A stretch of DNA of 64,000 bases from Ranitomeya imitator (lineage: Eukaryota): NCBI RefSeq assembly GCF_032444005.1, contig NC_091290.1, positions 8,804,001 through 8,868,000 of the forward strand. Reading direction: 5' to 3'. Positions 22,401 through 37,400 of the stretch are shown piece after piece. Both the position numbers and the translations under genes were made by a program. The stretch's first letter is position 1; every line of letters begins with the position of its first letter. The notes below the pieces were generated by a model, which worked only from the letters and a program-made list of their open reading frames with translations, did no database searches and was not told where the DNA came from.

Positions 22401-25400
22401 CCCGTCCATTATCGCTGCTCCGCGTCATCGTGTCTTTCCAATCGCTGAGACTTTACTGCATTTCCAAACCAGGAAAGTGACCCCAGAAAACGGCAGAAGG
22501 GAGCCGTCTGTAGCCCCCCGGGTGGCAGAGTGTGGTCAGGGTAAATTTCCAGGTGGTCTTCTGTACATGGAAGGTTGCCAACAATAAGGTCCCCAGCATC
22601 TGCGGACATTACTGTGTGCACGTATCCGACTGGCCTGAATGTGCACGGATCTCTCCGCTGACGTCTGAAAGTTAAAGAAACAGTTGAGCGACGCGGTTCC
22701 TCCTCTATAATCGCCATTTTTGTTCCTTTTCTTTTAATTCTTCACATTTTGCCTTTTTCCTTCACAGGCGATGATAAATTTGGACGCAAGATTGTCATGT
22801 TCAGCGCCTGCCGCCTGCCCCCCTGTCACGAGCTCGATCATGTCAAACTCCTGCAGTAAGTGTGTGTCGTACGCCCGTCGTGTTGGGTGGTCTGCGCATC
22901 CCCCCGCACCGGCATCAGTAATCTGCCCCCTTATTGCAGGCCAGGAGTGCAGGGAGGCTGAGGGCGCAGCAGCCGGGCCGCTCCTCCATCCGATGCTTTC
23001 CTCCTCTCCATGTTTGGTGTTCGCCCGTCTGCATTCCTTCTAGTTTTATTGCTTTTTCCTGCCGTGTTTTTACCCCCTTCTGTGTTTTGGCTCCAGAAGA
23101 ATCCAAATTCTAACTTTTATAGGAAGGTTCATCACCGCAGGCTTCCACAAAATCAGTCATGTCATGAAGCAGAAAGGAGCGAGCGGGCTGCACTGGGGCA
23201 AATCCTCCGCATGCAGACCCCTTATATATTAGTGGGACTGATCCGACGGGGAAACAAATGGGAGCTCAAGCATCAGCCCCTCCACTGTCAGCTAATGCCC
23301 AAACTGACTACTGCCTGTATACACTGAGGCCATGCGTGGCATACAGTGTTCCTGAAACGGCGCCACTACTGTCGGTGTCTGGTATTGCAGCTCCTCTTTT
23401 TTTTTTTTTTTCCCATCGGAGGAGCTGAGCTGCAGACGCACATCATGGACAGGTGGTAACGCACAGCCATGTGTTTCTAACCCGATGCAGGACCCCATCG
23501 CTCTCACAGATTATGACGATTTTTTTCTGGTACAGAAAATGTAAATCCGTCTTCTGTAACTTTTTCTTTTTCCCCCGTTTTTCCTGCAGGTATCTGAAGC
23601 ACACGCTGGACCAGTACGTGGAGAGCGATTACACGCTGGTTTACCTGCACCACGGCCTGACCAGCGATAACAAGCCGTCTCTGGGATGGCTGAGAGACGC
23701 CTATCGAGAGTTCGATCGCAAGTGAGTGCGTGCACCATGTCGCCAACCGAGGAGACACCCGCACGCGGTTAGGTCCGCGATGGGAGGATTTCCTGCCTTA
23801 TCCCTCGCCATTTTATAGGCACACAGTGACTCATGAAGTAAAGGAGTAGTAAATTTCTGACTGCAAAGAGGAAAGCTTAAACCAAGGAAAGGCCGCCGCG
23901 TGTCCTCCTCGCTATGTGCTGCAGACGGCACCACTAGAGATGTATCTGTAATCTCTAGTACTGGTGAATGGTGACTGATCTGCATCTTATTATCAAAGTA
24001 TAGACTCTGACTTTAATCACACTTACATATGCAATGCAAGAAACTCGCGAATCAATACCCTGCACTTCCGGCGGCACTCGGGACCGCATGTATTTCTATT
24101 CAGCCGAACGCTACGGTCCTGAGTGCCGGGACTTGTTGTGAGAGACTCACACGAGTTTCTCGCATTGAACTCGCAAGTGTGACCCCGGCCTAAGTCTGTT
24201 TTCCACTGGATAAATGTATGATTGGTGGACGCCCACCGATCCTGCGTGGCTGTGGTGCACGACTCCCTCCTGTGGGCTGATAGGTGCAGTAATGGGCCTG
24301 TATGACCACGGCTCTCTCAGACAGTGATTGGGGAGATGAACCAGTAGTTCTGCAGCACCCACGTCCGTACTCTGACAGCCCTGCCACCCTCCTCCTAGGT
24401 ACTGCTGTCCCAGACCCAGCGTGATGCGTCGAGCCTACTAATCAGAAGTGACTCTTGGGGTCCAGCAGGTAAGAGGAGGATCGCAGGGCTTCTATCTGGC
24501 AGCCACAGGTTACTGACATGACCGCAGAACCGGGGTCCTGGGAATCAAGACGCTCGTATCTTGTGTTTGCACTCGCAGTACATAGAGGACTGAATGTACT
24601 GCTCCATCCTCCCTGAGTCTTATCTTGGGGGGCTGCATCCGTGATAATCTATCAGCAGAACGTTGTCTATGGTTATTCTGCACGTGCCCCCCGAGCAGCA
24701 CTGGGCTGGGGGGATGCAGCTGTGCTCGGTCTGGATTGCAGAGATCGCTGTCTGTAGTTTCTGCCTTTGATCTTTTCCGTGTCCATGGAGAAGGCTCAGC
24801 AGGGAACACGACCGCGGCTCTGCGCGATTTGTATATATCCCGCTGACGTCTGCAGGAGGGGAAATATTCCAAAGCGTGCGTCGTCTATCACTGTCCCCCT
24901 GATGCTCCTTTTCTCATTTTTTTTTTTTTTTTTTTTTTTAAATATACATGATACAATTCAGCATCTCCAAAGACCTCAATGCCACGCAGGTTGCAGGTGG
25001 CGTCATGGCTCAGTAATTTTCATCGCCCATTAACTTTTTGGTGTCCTGGGTTTTGATCAGACCAGGAAATGTCTGGGGGCAGGGAGACCATAGCTGCCAT
25101 TGTATTGAGGACCTTGATATGGGTGAAAGCGGCAGATTTAGCCGTCTGACTCCTCCCCGTTGTATATGGCGGAACTGCCATACTTTTTTGATGTCACATT
25201 TACATATATTAGAGGATGCACTGTTATAGTCACTTAAGCGTTACATCTCCACCTATGCCTTCTTCTTCTTACAGGTACAAGAAGAACATCAAGGCTTTGT
25301 ACATCGTGCACCCCACCATGTTCATCAAGACCTTACTGATCCTGTTCAAACCTATAATAAGGTAAAGGGAAGGTGGGCTGCCGGCTCCACTGACGGGTAT

Positions 25401-28400
25401 TAAAGGGTTTGCCCTGCTCCTGTCACCTCCATGTTGTGAGCATAGCAAGTGACGTCACGTCTGCCGATACCGGCCAGTACAGGTGCACAATACCTGCCGC
25501 TCCCGCACCTGTCCCATCCGGCAGATGTAAACTATGTCACCTACCCTGCTCACCTCAATATGGAAGTGATAGGAGCAGGAAGAACCCTTTAAGACCCTTC
25601 CATATGGCTGTATTGTTGGCTCTGATAAACATGGCGGCGGTGGGCTGTGGGCACAAGTGTACGGAGCCGGTGCCAACTGTGTATACAGCTCGTGGCTCGT
25701 GCCATTGGAGGTAGCCCCCATCATGGAAGGTTATAAGCAGCTCAAAATCTAGAAAATGAATCAAAATCTTTTTCGGAAAAGTTAATAAAGAAAAATAAGT
25801 AACTTTAGTTTTGCTGCCGTCGCACTGACCTGCAGAATTGCGCTAATCCTGAATTTTTCCTGCAGATTGAATTTGGGGAAAAATAAAAATCCGAGCAATA
25901 ACGGCGGCATTTCTTTATTCCTTCACTATTCCTCCCCTCAAATATTTTTTTCCTGTTTTCTAATACTTTGAATTAAATCTAAGAAAACAATGGGCACAAT
26001 GGGAAGGGGTTAAATGATGAGTTGTTGTTTTCATTACCTATAAATGAACACAGTTTTGTGTTAAATTAATAATGATGGTGACGATCAGTTAATTATTTAT
26101 TTTTATTTTTCAGCTTCAAGTTTGGCCGGAAAATTTTCTACGCAAATTATCTGAGTGAATTGGAGGAGATTGTGAAGTTGGATCAGTTGGGGATCCCGAA
26201 ATCAGTCCTCAAGTAATCATCACTAAACGGGGTTTTGCAGGAATACAAACACATGATTGCCTCCCAGAAGCAGCGCCACCGTTGTCAACAGGTTGTGTCT
26301 GGTATTGCAGCTCAACACTGTTGAAGTGATTGGTGCAGAATTGCAATACCACACACAACCTGTAAACGGGGTGGCGCTGTGTTTGAAAGAAAGTAAGTGA
26401 GGGTCTCGCTGTGTAATGCCAGACACGCAGGCTCCTCTATATAGTGAGGGTCTCGCTGTGTAATGCCGGACACACGGCTCCTCTATATAGTGAGGGTCTC
26501 TCTGTGTAATGCCGGACACACGGCTCCTCTATATAGTGAGGGTCTCTCTGTGTAATGCCGGGCACACGGCTCCTCTATATAGTGAGGGTCTCTCTGTGTA
26601 ATGCCGGACACACGGCTCCTCTATATAGTGAGGGGCTCTCTGTATAATGCCAGACACGCAGGCTCCTCTATATAGTGAGGGTCTCGCTGTGTAATGCCAG
26701 ACACGCAGGCTCCTCTATATAGTGAGGGTCTCTCTGTGTAATGCCGGACACACGGCTCCTCTATATAGTGAGGGTCTCTCTGTGTAATGTCGGACACACG
26801 GCTCCTCTATATAGTGAGGGGCTCTCTGTATAATGTCGGACACACGGCTCCTCTATATAGTGAGGGGCTCTCTGTGTAATGCCGGGCACACGGCTCCTCT
26901 ATATAGTGAGGGTCTCTGTGTAATGTCGGACACACGGCTCCTCTATATAGTGAGGGGCTCTCTGTATAATGTCGGACACACGGCTCCTCTATATAGTGAG
27001 GGGCTCTCTGTATAATGCCGGACACACGGCTCCTCTATATAGTGAGGGTCTCTGTGTAATGTCGGACACACGGCTCCTCTATATAGTGAGGGTCTCTCTG
27101 TGTAATGCCGGGCACACGGCTCCTCTATATAGTGAGGGTCTCTCTGTGTAATGCCGGGCACACGGCTCCTCTATATAGTGAGGGGCTCTCTGTGTAATGA
27201 CAGACACGCAGGCTCCTCTATATAGTGAGGGGCTCTCTGTGTAATGTCGGACACACGGCTCCTCTATATAGTGAGGGGCTCTCTGTATAATGTCGGACAC
27301 ACGGCTCCTCTATATAGTGAGGGTCTCTGTGTAATGTCGGACACACGGCTCCTCTATATAGTGAGGGGCTCTCTGTATAATGTCGGACACACGGCTCCTC
27401 TATATAGTAAGGGTCTCTCTGTATAATGTCGGACACACGGCTCCTCTATATAGTGAGGGTCTCTCTGTGTAATGCCGGGCACACGGCTCCTCTATATAGT
27501 GAGGGGCTCTCTGTATAATGTCGGACACACGGCTCCTCTATATAGTGAGGGGCTCTCTGTATAATGTCGGACACACGGCTCCTCTATATAGTGAGGGGCT
27601 CTCTGTGTAATGACAGACACGCAGGCTCCTCTATATAGTGAGGGGCTCTCTGTGTAATGCCGGACACACGGCTCCTCTATATAGTGAGGGTCTCTCTGTG
27701 TAATGCCGGGCACACGGCTCCTCTATATAGTGAGGGGCTCGCTGTATAATGTCGGACACACGGCTCCTCTATATAGTGAGGGTCTCTCTGTGTAATGCCG
27801 GGCACACGGCTCCTCTATATAGTGAGGGGCTCTCTGTATAATGTCGGACACACGGCTCCTCTATATAGTAAGGGTCTCTCTGTATAATGTCGGACACACG
27901 GCTCCTCTATATAGTGAGGGTCTCTGTGTAATGACGGACACACGGCTCCTCTATATAGTGAGGGGCTCTCTGTATAATGTCGGACACACGGCTCCTCTAT
28001 ATAGTGAGGGTCTCTCTGTGTAATGCCGGGCACACGGCTCCTCTATATAGTGAGGGGCTCTCTGTGTAATGCCGGGCACACGGCTCCTCTATATAGTGAG
28101 GGGCTCTCTGTATAATGCCGGGCACACGGCTCCTCTATATAGTGAGGGGCTCTCTGTATAATGCCGGGCACACGGCTCCTCTATATAGTGAGGGGCTCTC
28201 TGTATAATGCCGGACACACGGCTCCTCTATATAGTGAGGGGCTCTCTGTGTAATGCCGGGCACACGGCTCCTCTATATAGTGAGGGGCTCTCTGTGTAAT
28301 GCCGGGCACACGGCTCCTCTATATAGTGAGGGGCTCTCTGTGTAATGCCGGGCACACGGCTCCTCTATATAGTAAGGGTCTCTCTGTGTAATGACGGACA

Positions 28401-31400
28401 CACGGCTCCTCTATATAGTGAGGGGCTCTCTGTGTAATGCCGGGCACACGGCTCCTCTATATAGTGAGGGGCTCTCTGTATAATGTCGGACACACGGCTC
28501 CTCTATATAGTGAGGGGCTCTCTGTATAATGTCGGACACACGGCTCCTCTATATAGTGAGGGGCTCTCTGTGTAATGACAGACACGCAGGCTCCTCTATA
28601 TAGTGAGGGGCTCTCTGTGTAATGCCGGACACACGGCTCCTCTATATAGTGAGGGGCTCGCTGTATAATGCCGGGCACACGGCTCCTCTATATAGTGAGG
28701 GGCTCTCTGTATAATGTCGGACACACGGCTCCTCTATATAGTGAGGGGCTCTCTGTATAATGTCGGACACACGGCTCCTCTATATAGTAAGGGTCTCTCT
28801 GTGTAATGACGGACACGCAGGCTCCTCTATATAGTGAGGGGCTCTCTGTATAATGCCGGGCACACGGCTCCTCTATATAGTGAGGGGCTCTCTGTGTAAT
28901 GCCGGACACACGGCTCCTCTATATAGTGAGGGGCTCTCTGTGTAATGCCGGGCACACGGCTCCTCTATATAGTGAGGGGCTCTCTGTATAATGCCGGACA
29001 CACGGCTCCTCTATATAGTGAGGGGCTCTCTGTGTAATGCCGGGCACACGGCTCCTCTATATAGTGAGGGGCTCTCTGTGTAATGCCGGGCACACGGCTC
29101 CTCTATATAGTGAGGGGCTCTCTGTGTAATGACGGACACGCAGGCTCCTCTATATAGTGAGGGGCTCTCTGTATAATGCCGGGCACACGGCTCCTCTATA
29201 TAGTGAGGGGCTCTCTGTATAATGTCGGACACACGGCTCCTCTATATAGTGAGGGGCTCTCTGTATAATGTCGGACACACGGCTCCTCTATATAGTGAGG
29301 GGCTCTCTGTATAATGTCGGACACACGGCTCCTCTATATAGTAAGGGTCTCTCTGTATAATGTCGGACACACGGCTCCTCTATATAGTGAGGGTCTCTCT
29401 GTGTAATGACGGACACGCAGGCTCCTCTATATAGTGAGGGGCTCTCTGTATAATGCCGGGCACACGGCTCCTCTATATAGTGAGGGGCTCTCTGTGTAAT
29501 GCCGGACACACGGCTCCTCTATATAGTGAGGGGCTCTCTGTATAATGCCGGACACACGGCTCCTCTATATAGTGAGGGGCTCGCTGTGTAATGCCGGACA
29601 CACGGCTCCTCTATATAGTGAGGGGCTCTCTGTGTAATGCCGGGCACACGGCTCCTCTATATAGTGAGGGGCTCTCTGTATAATGCCGGGCACACGGCTC
29701 CTCTATATAGTGAGGGGCTCTCTGTGTAATGCCGGACACACGGCTCCTCTATATAGTGAGGGGCTCTCTGTGTAATGCCGGGCACACGGCTCCTCTATAT
29801 AGTGAGGGGCTCTCTGTATAATGTCAGACACACGGCTCCTCTATATAGTAAGGGTCTCTCTGTGTAATGCCGGGCACACGGCTCCTCTATATAGTGAGGG
29901 TCTCTCTGTATAATGCCGGGCACACGGCTCCTCTATATAGTGAGGGGCTCTCTGTATAATGTCGGACACACGGCTCCTCTATATAGTGAGGGGCTCTCTG
30001 TATAATGTCGGACACACGGCTCCTCTATATAGTAAGGGTCTCTCTGTGTAATGACGGACACGCAGGCTCCTCTATATAGTGAGGGTCTCTCTGTGTAATG
30101 CCGGGCACACGGCTCCTCTATATAGTGAGGGGCTCTCTGTATAATGTCGGACACACGGCTCCTCTATATAGTGAGGGGCTCTCTGTATAATGTCGGACAC
30201 ACGGCTCCTCTATATAGTGAGGGTCTCTGTATAATGTCGGACACACGGCTCCTCTATATAGTGAGGGTCTCTGTATAATGTCGGACACACGGCTCCTCTA
30301 TATAGTGAGGGTCTCTGTATAATGTCGGACACACGGCTCCTCTATATAGTGAGGGGCTCTCTGTATAATGTCGGACACACGGCTCCTCTATATAGTAAGG
30401 GTCTCTCTGTGTAATGACGGACACGCAGGCTCCTCTATATAGTGAGGGGCTCTCTGTATAATGCCGGGCACACGGCTCCTCTATATAGTGAGGGGCTCTC
30501 TGTGTAATGCCGGGCACACGGCTCCTCTATATAGTGAGGGGCTCTCTGTATAATGCCGGACACACGGCTCCTCTATATAGTGAGGGGCTCTCTGTATAAT
30601 GCCGGGCACACGGCTCCTCTATATAGTGAGGGGCTCTCTGTATAATGCCGGACACACGGCTCCTCTATATAGTGAGGGGCTCTCTGTATAATGCCGGACA
30701 CACGGCTCCTCTATATAGTGAGGGGCTCGCTGTGTAATGTCGGACAAGCAGGCTCCTCTATATAGTGAGGGGCTCTCTGTATAATGCCGGGCACACGGCT
30801 CCTCTATATAGTGAGGGGCTCTCTGTGTAATGCCGGGCACACGGCTCCTCTATATAGTGAGGGGCTCTCTGTGTAATGCCGGACACACGGCTCCTCTACA
30901 GGTCCTTCTCAAAAAATTAGCATATAGTGTTAAATTTCATTATTTACCATAATGTAATGATTACAATTAAACTTTCATATATTATAGATTCATTATCCAC
31001 CAACTGAAATTTGTCAGGTCTTTTATTGTTTTAATACTGATGATTTTGGCATACAACTCCTGATAACCCAAAAAACCTGTCTCAATAAATTAGCATATCA
31101 AGAAAAGGTTCTCTAAACGACCTATTACCCTAATCTTCTGAATCAACTAATTAACTCTAAACACATGCAAAAGATACCTGAGGCTTTTATAAACTCCCTG
31201 CCTGGTTCATTACTCAAAACCCCCATCATGGGTAAGACTAGCGACCTGACAGATGTCAAGAAGGCCATCATTGACACCCTCAAGCAAGAGGGTAAGACCC
31301 AGAAAGAAATTTCTCAACAAATACTCTGTTCCCAGAGTGCTGTATCAAGGCACCTCAATGGTAAGTCTGTTGGAAGGAAACAATGTGGCAGAAAACGCTG

Positions 31401-34400
31401 TACAACGAGAAGAGGAGACCGGACCCTGAGGAAGATTGTGGAGAAGGACCGATTCCAGACCTTGGGGAACCTGAGGAAGCAGTGGACTGAGTCTGGTGTG
31501 GAAACATCCAGAGCCACCGTGCACAGGCGTGTGCAGGAAATGGGCTACAGGTGCCGCATTCCCCAGGTAAAGCCACTTTTGAACCATAAACAGCGGCAGA
31601 GGCGCCTGACCTGGGCTACAGAGAAGCAGCACTGGACTGTTGCTAAGTGGTCCCAAGTACTTTTTTCTGATGAAAGCAAATTTTGCATGTCATTCGGAAA
31701 TCAAGGTGCCAGAGTCTGGAGGAAGACTGGGGAGAAGGAAATGCCAAAATGCCTGAAGTCCAGTGTCAAGTACCCACAGTCAGTGATGGTGCGGGGTGCC
31801 ATGTCAGCTGCTGGTGTTGGTCCACTGTGTTTCATCAAGGGCAGGGTCAATGCAGCTAGCTATCAGGAGATTTTGGAGCACTTCATGCTTCCATCGGCTG
31901 AAATGCTTTATGGAGATGAAGATTTCATTTTTCAGCACGACCTGGCACCTGCTCACAGTGCCAAAACCACTGGTAAATGGTTTACTGACCATGGTATTAC
32001 TGTGCTCAATTGGCCTGCCAACTCTCCTGACCTGAACCCCATAGAGAATCTGTGGGATATTGTGAAGAGAAAGTTGAGAGACGCAAGACCCAACACTCTG
32101 GATGAGCTTAAGGCCGCTATTGAAGCATCCTGGGCCTCCATAACCTCTCAGCAGTGTCACAGGCTGATTGCCTCCATGCCACGCCGCATTGAAGCAGTCA
32201 TTTCTGCCAAAGGATTCCCGACCAAGTATTGAGTGCATAACTGAACATTATTATTTGATGGTTTTTTTGTTTGTTATTAAAAAACACTTTTATTTGATTG
32301 AATGGGTAAAATATGCTAATTTATTGAGACTGGTTTTTTGGGTTATCAGGAGATGTATGCCAAAATCATCAGTATTAAAACAATAAAAGACCTGACAAAT
32401 TTCAGTTGGTGGATAATGAATCTATAATATATGAAAGTTTAATTGTAATCATTACATTATGGTAAATAATGAAATTTAACACTATATGCTAATTTTTTGA
32501 GAAGGACCTGTATATAGTGAGGGGCTCTCTGTGTAATGTCGGACAAGCAGGCTCCTCTATATAGTGAGGGGCTCTCTGTGTAATGCCGGACACACGGCTC
32601 CTCTATATAGTGAGGGACTCGCTGTGTAGCTCCTCTGGTTGGTAGAAAAGGTTCCCAAATAAATGGAGGACCCCTTTTATTATTTTATTTATTTATTAGA
32701 CATTTTTTAATTAGGTATTTTTCAGGCCGTCCCTTTAATGAGCGCTCCGGCCTTATAAGTCCTGACATCTTCTCCATAGATACGATGAGCTCATCCGCTC
32801 CACAATAAAGACGACACCGTCCAGCCAGAAGACCACCCCACCGCGGCCTCCCCTGCCAAACCAGCAGTTTGGGGTCTCCCTTCAGCAGTGAGTATTTAAG
32901 GGTTTACTTTTATTTGCTTTTCCTCTTTGTTTCGTTCCTTATATCACTTTGTGTTTTCTTCAGACTCAAAGACAAACGCTCCGAAAGCGACCAGAAGATT
33001 CCCCAAGTCGTGCAAGAGACCGTGGCCTATCTGAGGATGAACGGTCAGTGCCGGGAATATCGTGCAATCTCCTGATACACAGTACAGGGATAATGCACAC
33101 AGTGATGTCACAGTACAGGGATAATACACACAGTGATGTCACAGTACAGGGATAATACACACAGTGATGTCACAGTACTGGGATAATACACACAGTGATG
33201 TCACAGTACTGGGATAATACACACAGTGATGTCACAGTACTGGGATAATACACACAGCGATGTCACAGTACAGGGATAATACACGCAGCGATGTCACAGT
33301 ACAGGGATAATGCACACAGTGATGTTGCAGCAGAGGGATAATGCACACAGCAATGTTGCAGTAGAGGGATAATGCACACAGTGATGTTGCAGTAGAGGGA
33401 TAATGCACACAGTGATGTCACAGTACAGGGATAATGCACACAGTGATGTTGCAGTAGAGAGATAATGCACACAGCAATGTTGCAGTAGAGGGATAATACA
33501 CACAGTGATGTCACAGTACAGGGATAATACACACAGTGATGTCACAGTAGAGGGATAATGCACACAGTGATGTTGCAGTAGAGGGATAATACACGCAGCG
33601 ATGTCACAGTACAGGGATAATGCACACAGTGATGTTGCAGTAGAGAGATAATGCACACAGCAATGTTGCAGTAGAGGGATAATACACACAGTGATGTCAC
33701 AGTAGAGGGATAATGCACACAGTGATGTTGCAGTAGAGGGATAATACACACAGTGATGTCACAGTACAGGGATACTGCACGCAGTGATGTCGCAGAGTTC
33801 TGTTAATGTCCATTTACACTCGATGCTGATCAGGATTATTTTTGGTATCTTGTGGTCTCGCCAGACTGCCGAATATGCTGTGAATCTTAGTTCTTCTGTG
33901 ACCTGTTCTTGATCGTGGTTTTCGGCAGCACATCATGTGATGTAAACAGGACTTGTGCTGCCAAGAACAATGGCAGCCTATAGGCCCTAGATGATCTGTC
34001 ACAGATGCATTGCTGGTTGTTCGGCGCACACGTGGCCGGCTCTGCCTGTGTAGACGGGCTAATAAATGGCCGCTGACAGGTGGTCTATGACCCTGCGCAT
34101 CGCTCTGCAGAGAATAAACCAAGAATAGTTGAAGCGAGACTGTAATGATGGATGCAGTGGCCGTGGTCTCTCCCGACAGCTCGGGCCTCGGCTTCCTGCT
34201 CCGTTATGACTTCTTGGTTGTTGTACACACATGCAGTATGGCCGTAGCGACTCGGGCAGGGTTTCACCTGTGACTTCTTTGGTCTTGCAGCGTTGAGTAC
34301 AGAGGGAATTTTCCGGAGGTCGGCCAGCACCCAGGTGGTACGAGAAGTTCAGCAGAAGTATAATATTGGTGAGTATGAAAGCTGCTCCAAAGTGATCGGA

Positions 34401-37400
34401 GAGATCAGCTGTGATCACTGAGGATCCTGGTGGCGAGTGCTCAGTGTCTGTGCAGCGCCACCACAGGGGAAATGAGGTATTACACAATGTCCATATAGAT
34501 AATGGGGTAACATATGGTCGTCGGATCCTCCCGATCCGCAGACGGTCTGTGTAGCTGCTTCGTCCTCAGGTGAGAAGGGCCCTAAACATCGCGCCCAATG
34601 TCACACTCACAAATCATTTCTGCATTTTTCCCAATTTTTTGTGTCCGTTCACCCAAAAACTGTGTGAAATCTTGTGCAGTGTGGTGTAGGAAGGCAGGAC
34701 GCTGGCATGGGATGCTGGGAGTGGTAGTCTCGCAGCCTCAGGTTACAAACCACTGATGAGTGACAGATTGCTCATTGGTCCGTTCTAATGACGGCGTCTG
34801 TTCTGTCTCTCCAGGATCGCCGGTGGACTTCCAGCAGTACGACGACGTCCACCTGACCGCGGTCATCCTGAAGACCTTCCTCCGAGAGCTCCCGGACCCC
34901 CTGCTGACGTATAACCTGTACAATTACGTGGTCGGATTCTCCAGTAAGTGAAGATTGTGGCGCAATCAGATTACAGCCGACGGGGCGAAAAGATGGAGAA
35001 TAGAGGCAGGGGCCCGAGTGGTCGCTGCAGGCAAATCTAGGGGAAGACGAGACCCGCGCTAAATCAAACAAGTAGCGCTGTCGCCTTTTTGCCCCTGCAC
35101 AGCAGCGCTTCAGGCTCACGGTTTGTTTGTGTGTGTAGCATACATACATACATACATACATACATACATACATACATACATACATACCAAAAGTTTGGCC
35201 ACACCTCATTTAAAGATTTTTCTGTATTTTCATGACTATGAAAATTGTACATTCACACTGAAGGCATCAAAACTATGAATGAACACATGTGGAATTATAT
35301 ACTTAACAAAAAAGTGTGAAACAACTGAAAATATGTCTTATATTCTAGGTTCTTCAAAGTAGCCACCTTTTGCTTTGATGACTGCTTTGCATTCTCCTGA
35401 TGAGCTTCTAGAGGTAGTCACCGGGAATGGTTTTCACTTCACAGCTGTGCGCTGTCAGGTTTAATAAGTGGGATTTCTTGCCTTATAAATGGGGTTTGGA
35501 CCATCAGTTGTGTTGTGCAGAAGTCTGGTGGATACACAGCTGATAGTCCTACTGAATAGACTGTTAGCTGCTTTTTTCTTGCCATAATACAAATTCTAAG
35601 TAACGAAAAACGAGTGGCCATCATGACTTTAAGAAATGAAGGTCAGTCAGTCCGAAAAATTGGGAAAACTTTGAAAGTGTCCCCAAGTGCAGTGGCAAAA
35701 ACCATCAAGCGCTACAAAGAAACTGGCTCACATGAAGACCGCCCCAGGAAAGGAAGACCAAGAGTCACCTCTGCTTCTGAGGATAAGTTTATCCGAGTCA
35801 CCAGCCTCAGAAATCGCAGGTTAACAGCAGCTCAGATTAGAGACCAGGTCAATGCCACACAGAGTTCTAGCAGCAGACACATCTCTACAACTGTTAAGAG
35901 GAGACTTTGTGCAGCAGGCCTTCATGGTAAAATAGCTGCTAGTAAACCACTGCTAAGGACAGGCAACAAGCAGAAGAGACTTGTTTGGGCTAAAGAACAC
36001 AAGGAATGGACATTAGACCAGTGGAAATCTGTGCTTTGGTCGGATGAGTCCAAATTTGAGATCTTTGGTTCCTACCACCGTGTCTTTATGCGACGCAGAA
36101 AAGGTGAACGGATGGACTCTACATGCCTGGTTCCCACCGTGAAGCATGGAGGAGGAGGTGTGATGGTGTGGGGGGCTTTGCTGGTGACTGTTGGGGATTT
36201 ATTCAAAATTGAAGGCATACTGAACCAGCATGGCTACCACAGCATCTTGCAGTGGCATGCTATTCCATCCGGTTTGCGTTTAGTTGGACCATCATTTATT
36301 TTTCAACAGGACAATGACCCCAAACACACCTCCAGGCTGTGTAAGGGCTATTTGACCAAGAAGGAGAGTGATGGGTGCTACGCCAGATGACTTGGCCTCC
36401 ATAGTCACCAGACCTGAACCCAATCGAGATGGTTTGGGGTGAGCTGGACCGCAGAGTGAAGGCAAAAGCATCTCTGGGAACTCCTTCAAGATTGCTGGAA
36501 GACCATTCCCGGTGACTACCTCTTGAAGCTCATCAAGAGAATGCCAAGAGTGTGCAAAGCAGTCATCAAAGCAAAAGGTGGCTACTTTGAAGAACCTAGA
36601 ATGTGAAACAACTGAAATTGTCTTATACTTTTTTTGTTAAGTACTGTATATAATTCCACATGTGTTAATTCATAGTTTTGATGCCTTCAGTGTGAATGTA
36701 CAATTTTCATAGTCATGAAAATACAGAAAAAACTTTAACTGAGAATGTGTGTCCAAACTTTTGGTCTGTACTGTGTGTGTACATATATATAGTCGGACCC
36801 CTCTGATCATAGTGATATGGGCGAGACTGCATGGCTCAGTGAGTAGGAGCGCTGCTTTGCTGGTACGATCATTGCTGTAGGAATATGGGGGTCTGATGTC
36901 TGCCAATCATGAAGCAGAATGCCATCACTTTAATTCTCCCCGCGAATCTTTGATTTTTTTTTTTTACCACCCCCGCTGTATTCCTTCTCCGCCCCCCCCC
37001 CCCCCCCCCATGCCTCCTCGATACCCCACTGCAATGTCGGGGAGATTACGACGATGCGCTGGTTGCTGTGGACGGATATTCCCAGCAATCAGCTGCAATG
37101 ATTTTATTAAAAGGTTATCCGGGATGTGTGGAGCTCCGGCCCTCTGTAACCGCTAAGGCCGGTGATTGACTATAGGCTGGCGGCCATAGACCAGCGGAGA
37201 GCGTGGTCCCCCTGAGCCAGAGCGGAGGGTCATTAATGGCCCCCACCAGCATCATCTTTGGTGATCTCTCCAGGCAGCCGTCCATGTTTGCAGTCCGGCT
37301 TTCAGTCTTCCCGTACTGATCTCTTGCAGATTTGGAGCCGGAGATGCGGGTGGAATCCACTCGAGAGACTCTGAAGACTTTGCCTCAAGAGAATTACGAA

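Noticed and set aside
26395-30898. CRISPR-like regular array
   Set aside because: Units are contiguous with no unique spacers, there are no cas genes, and the context is a vertebrate intron
34753-34775. CTGATGA occurrences here and near 35396, 62652 (minus) and 63839
   Set aside because: No stem II followed by GAAA and UH; chance matches or coding sequence
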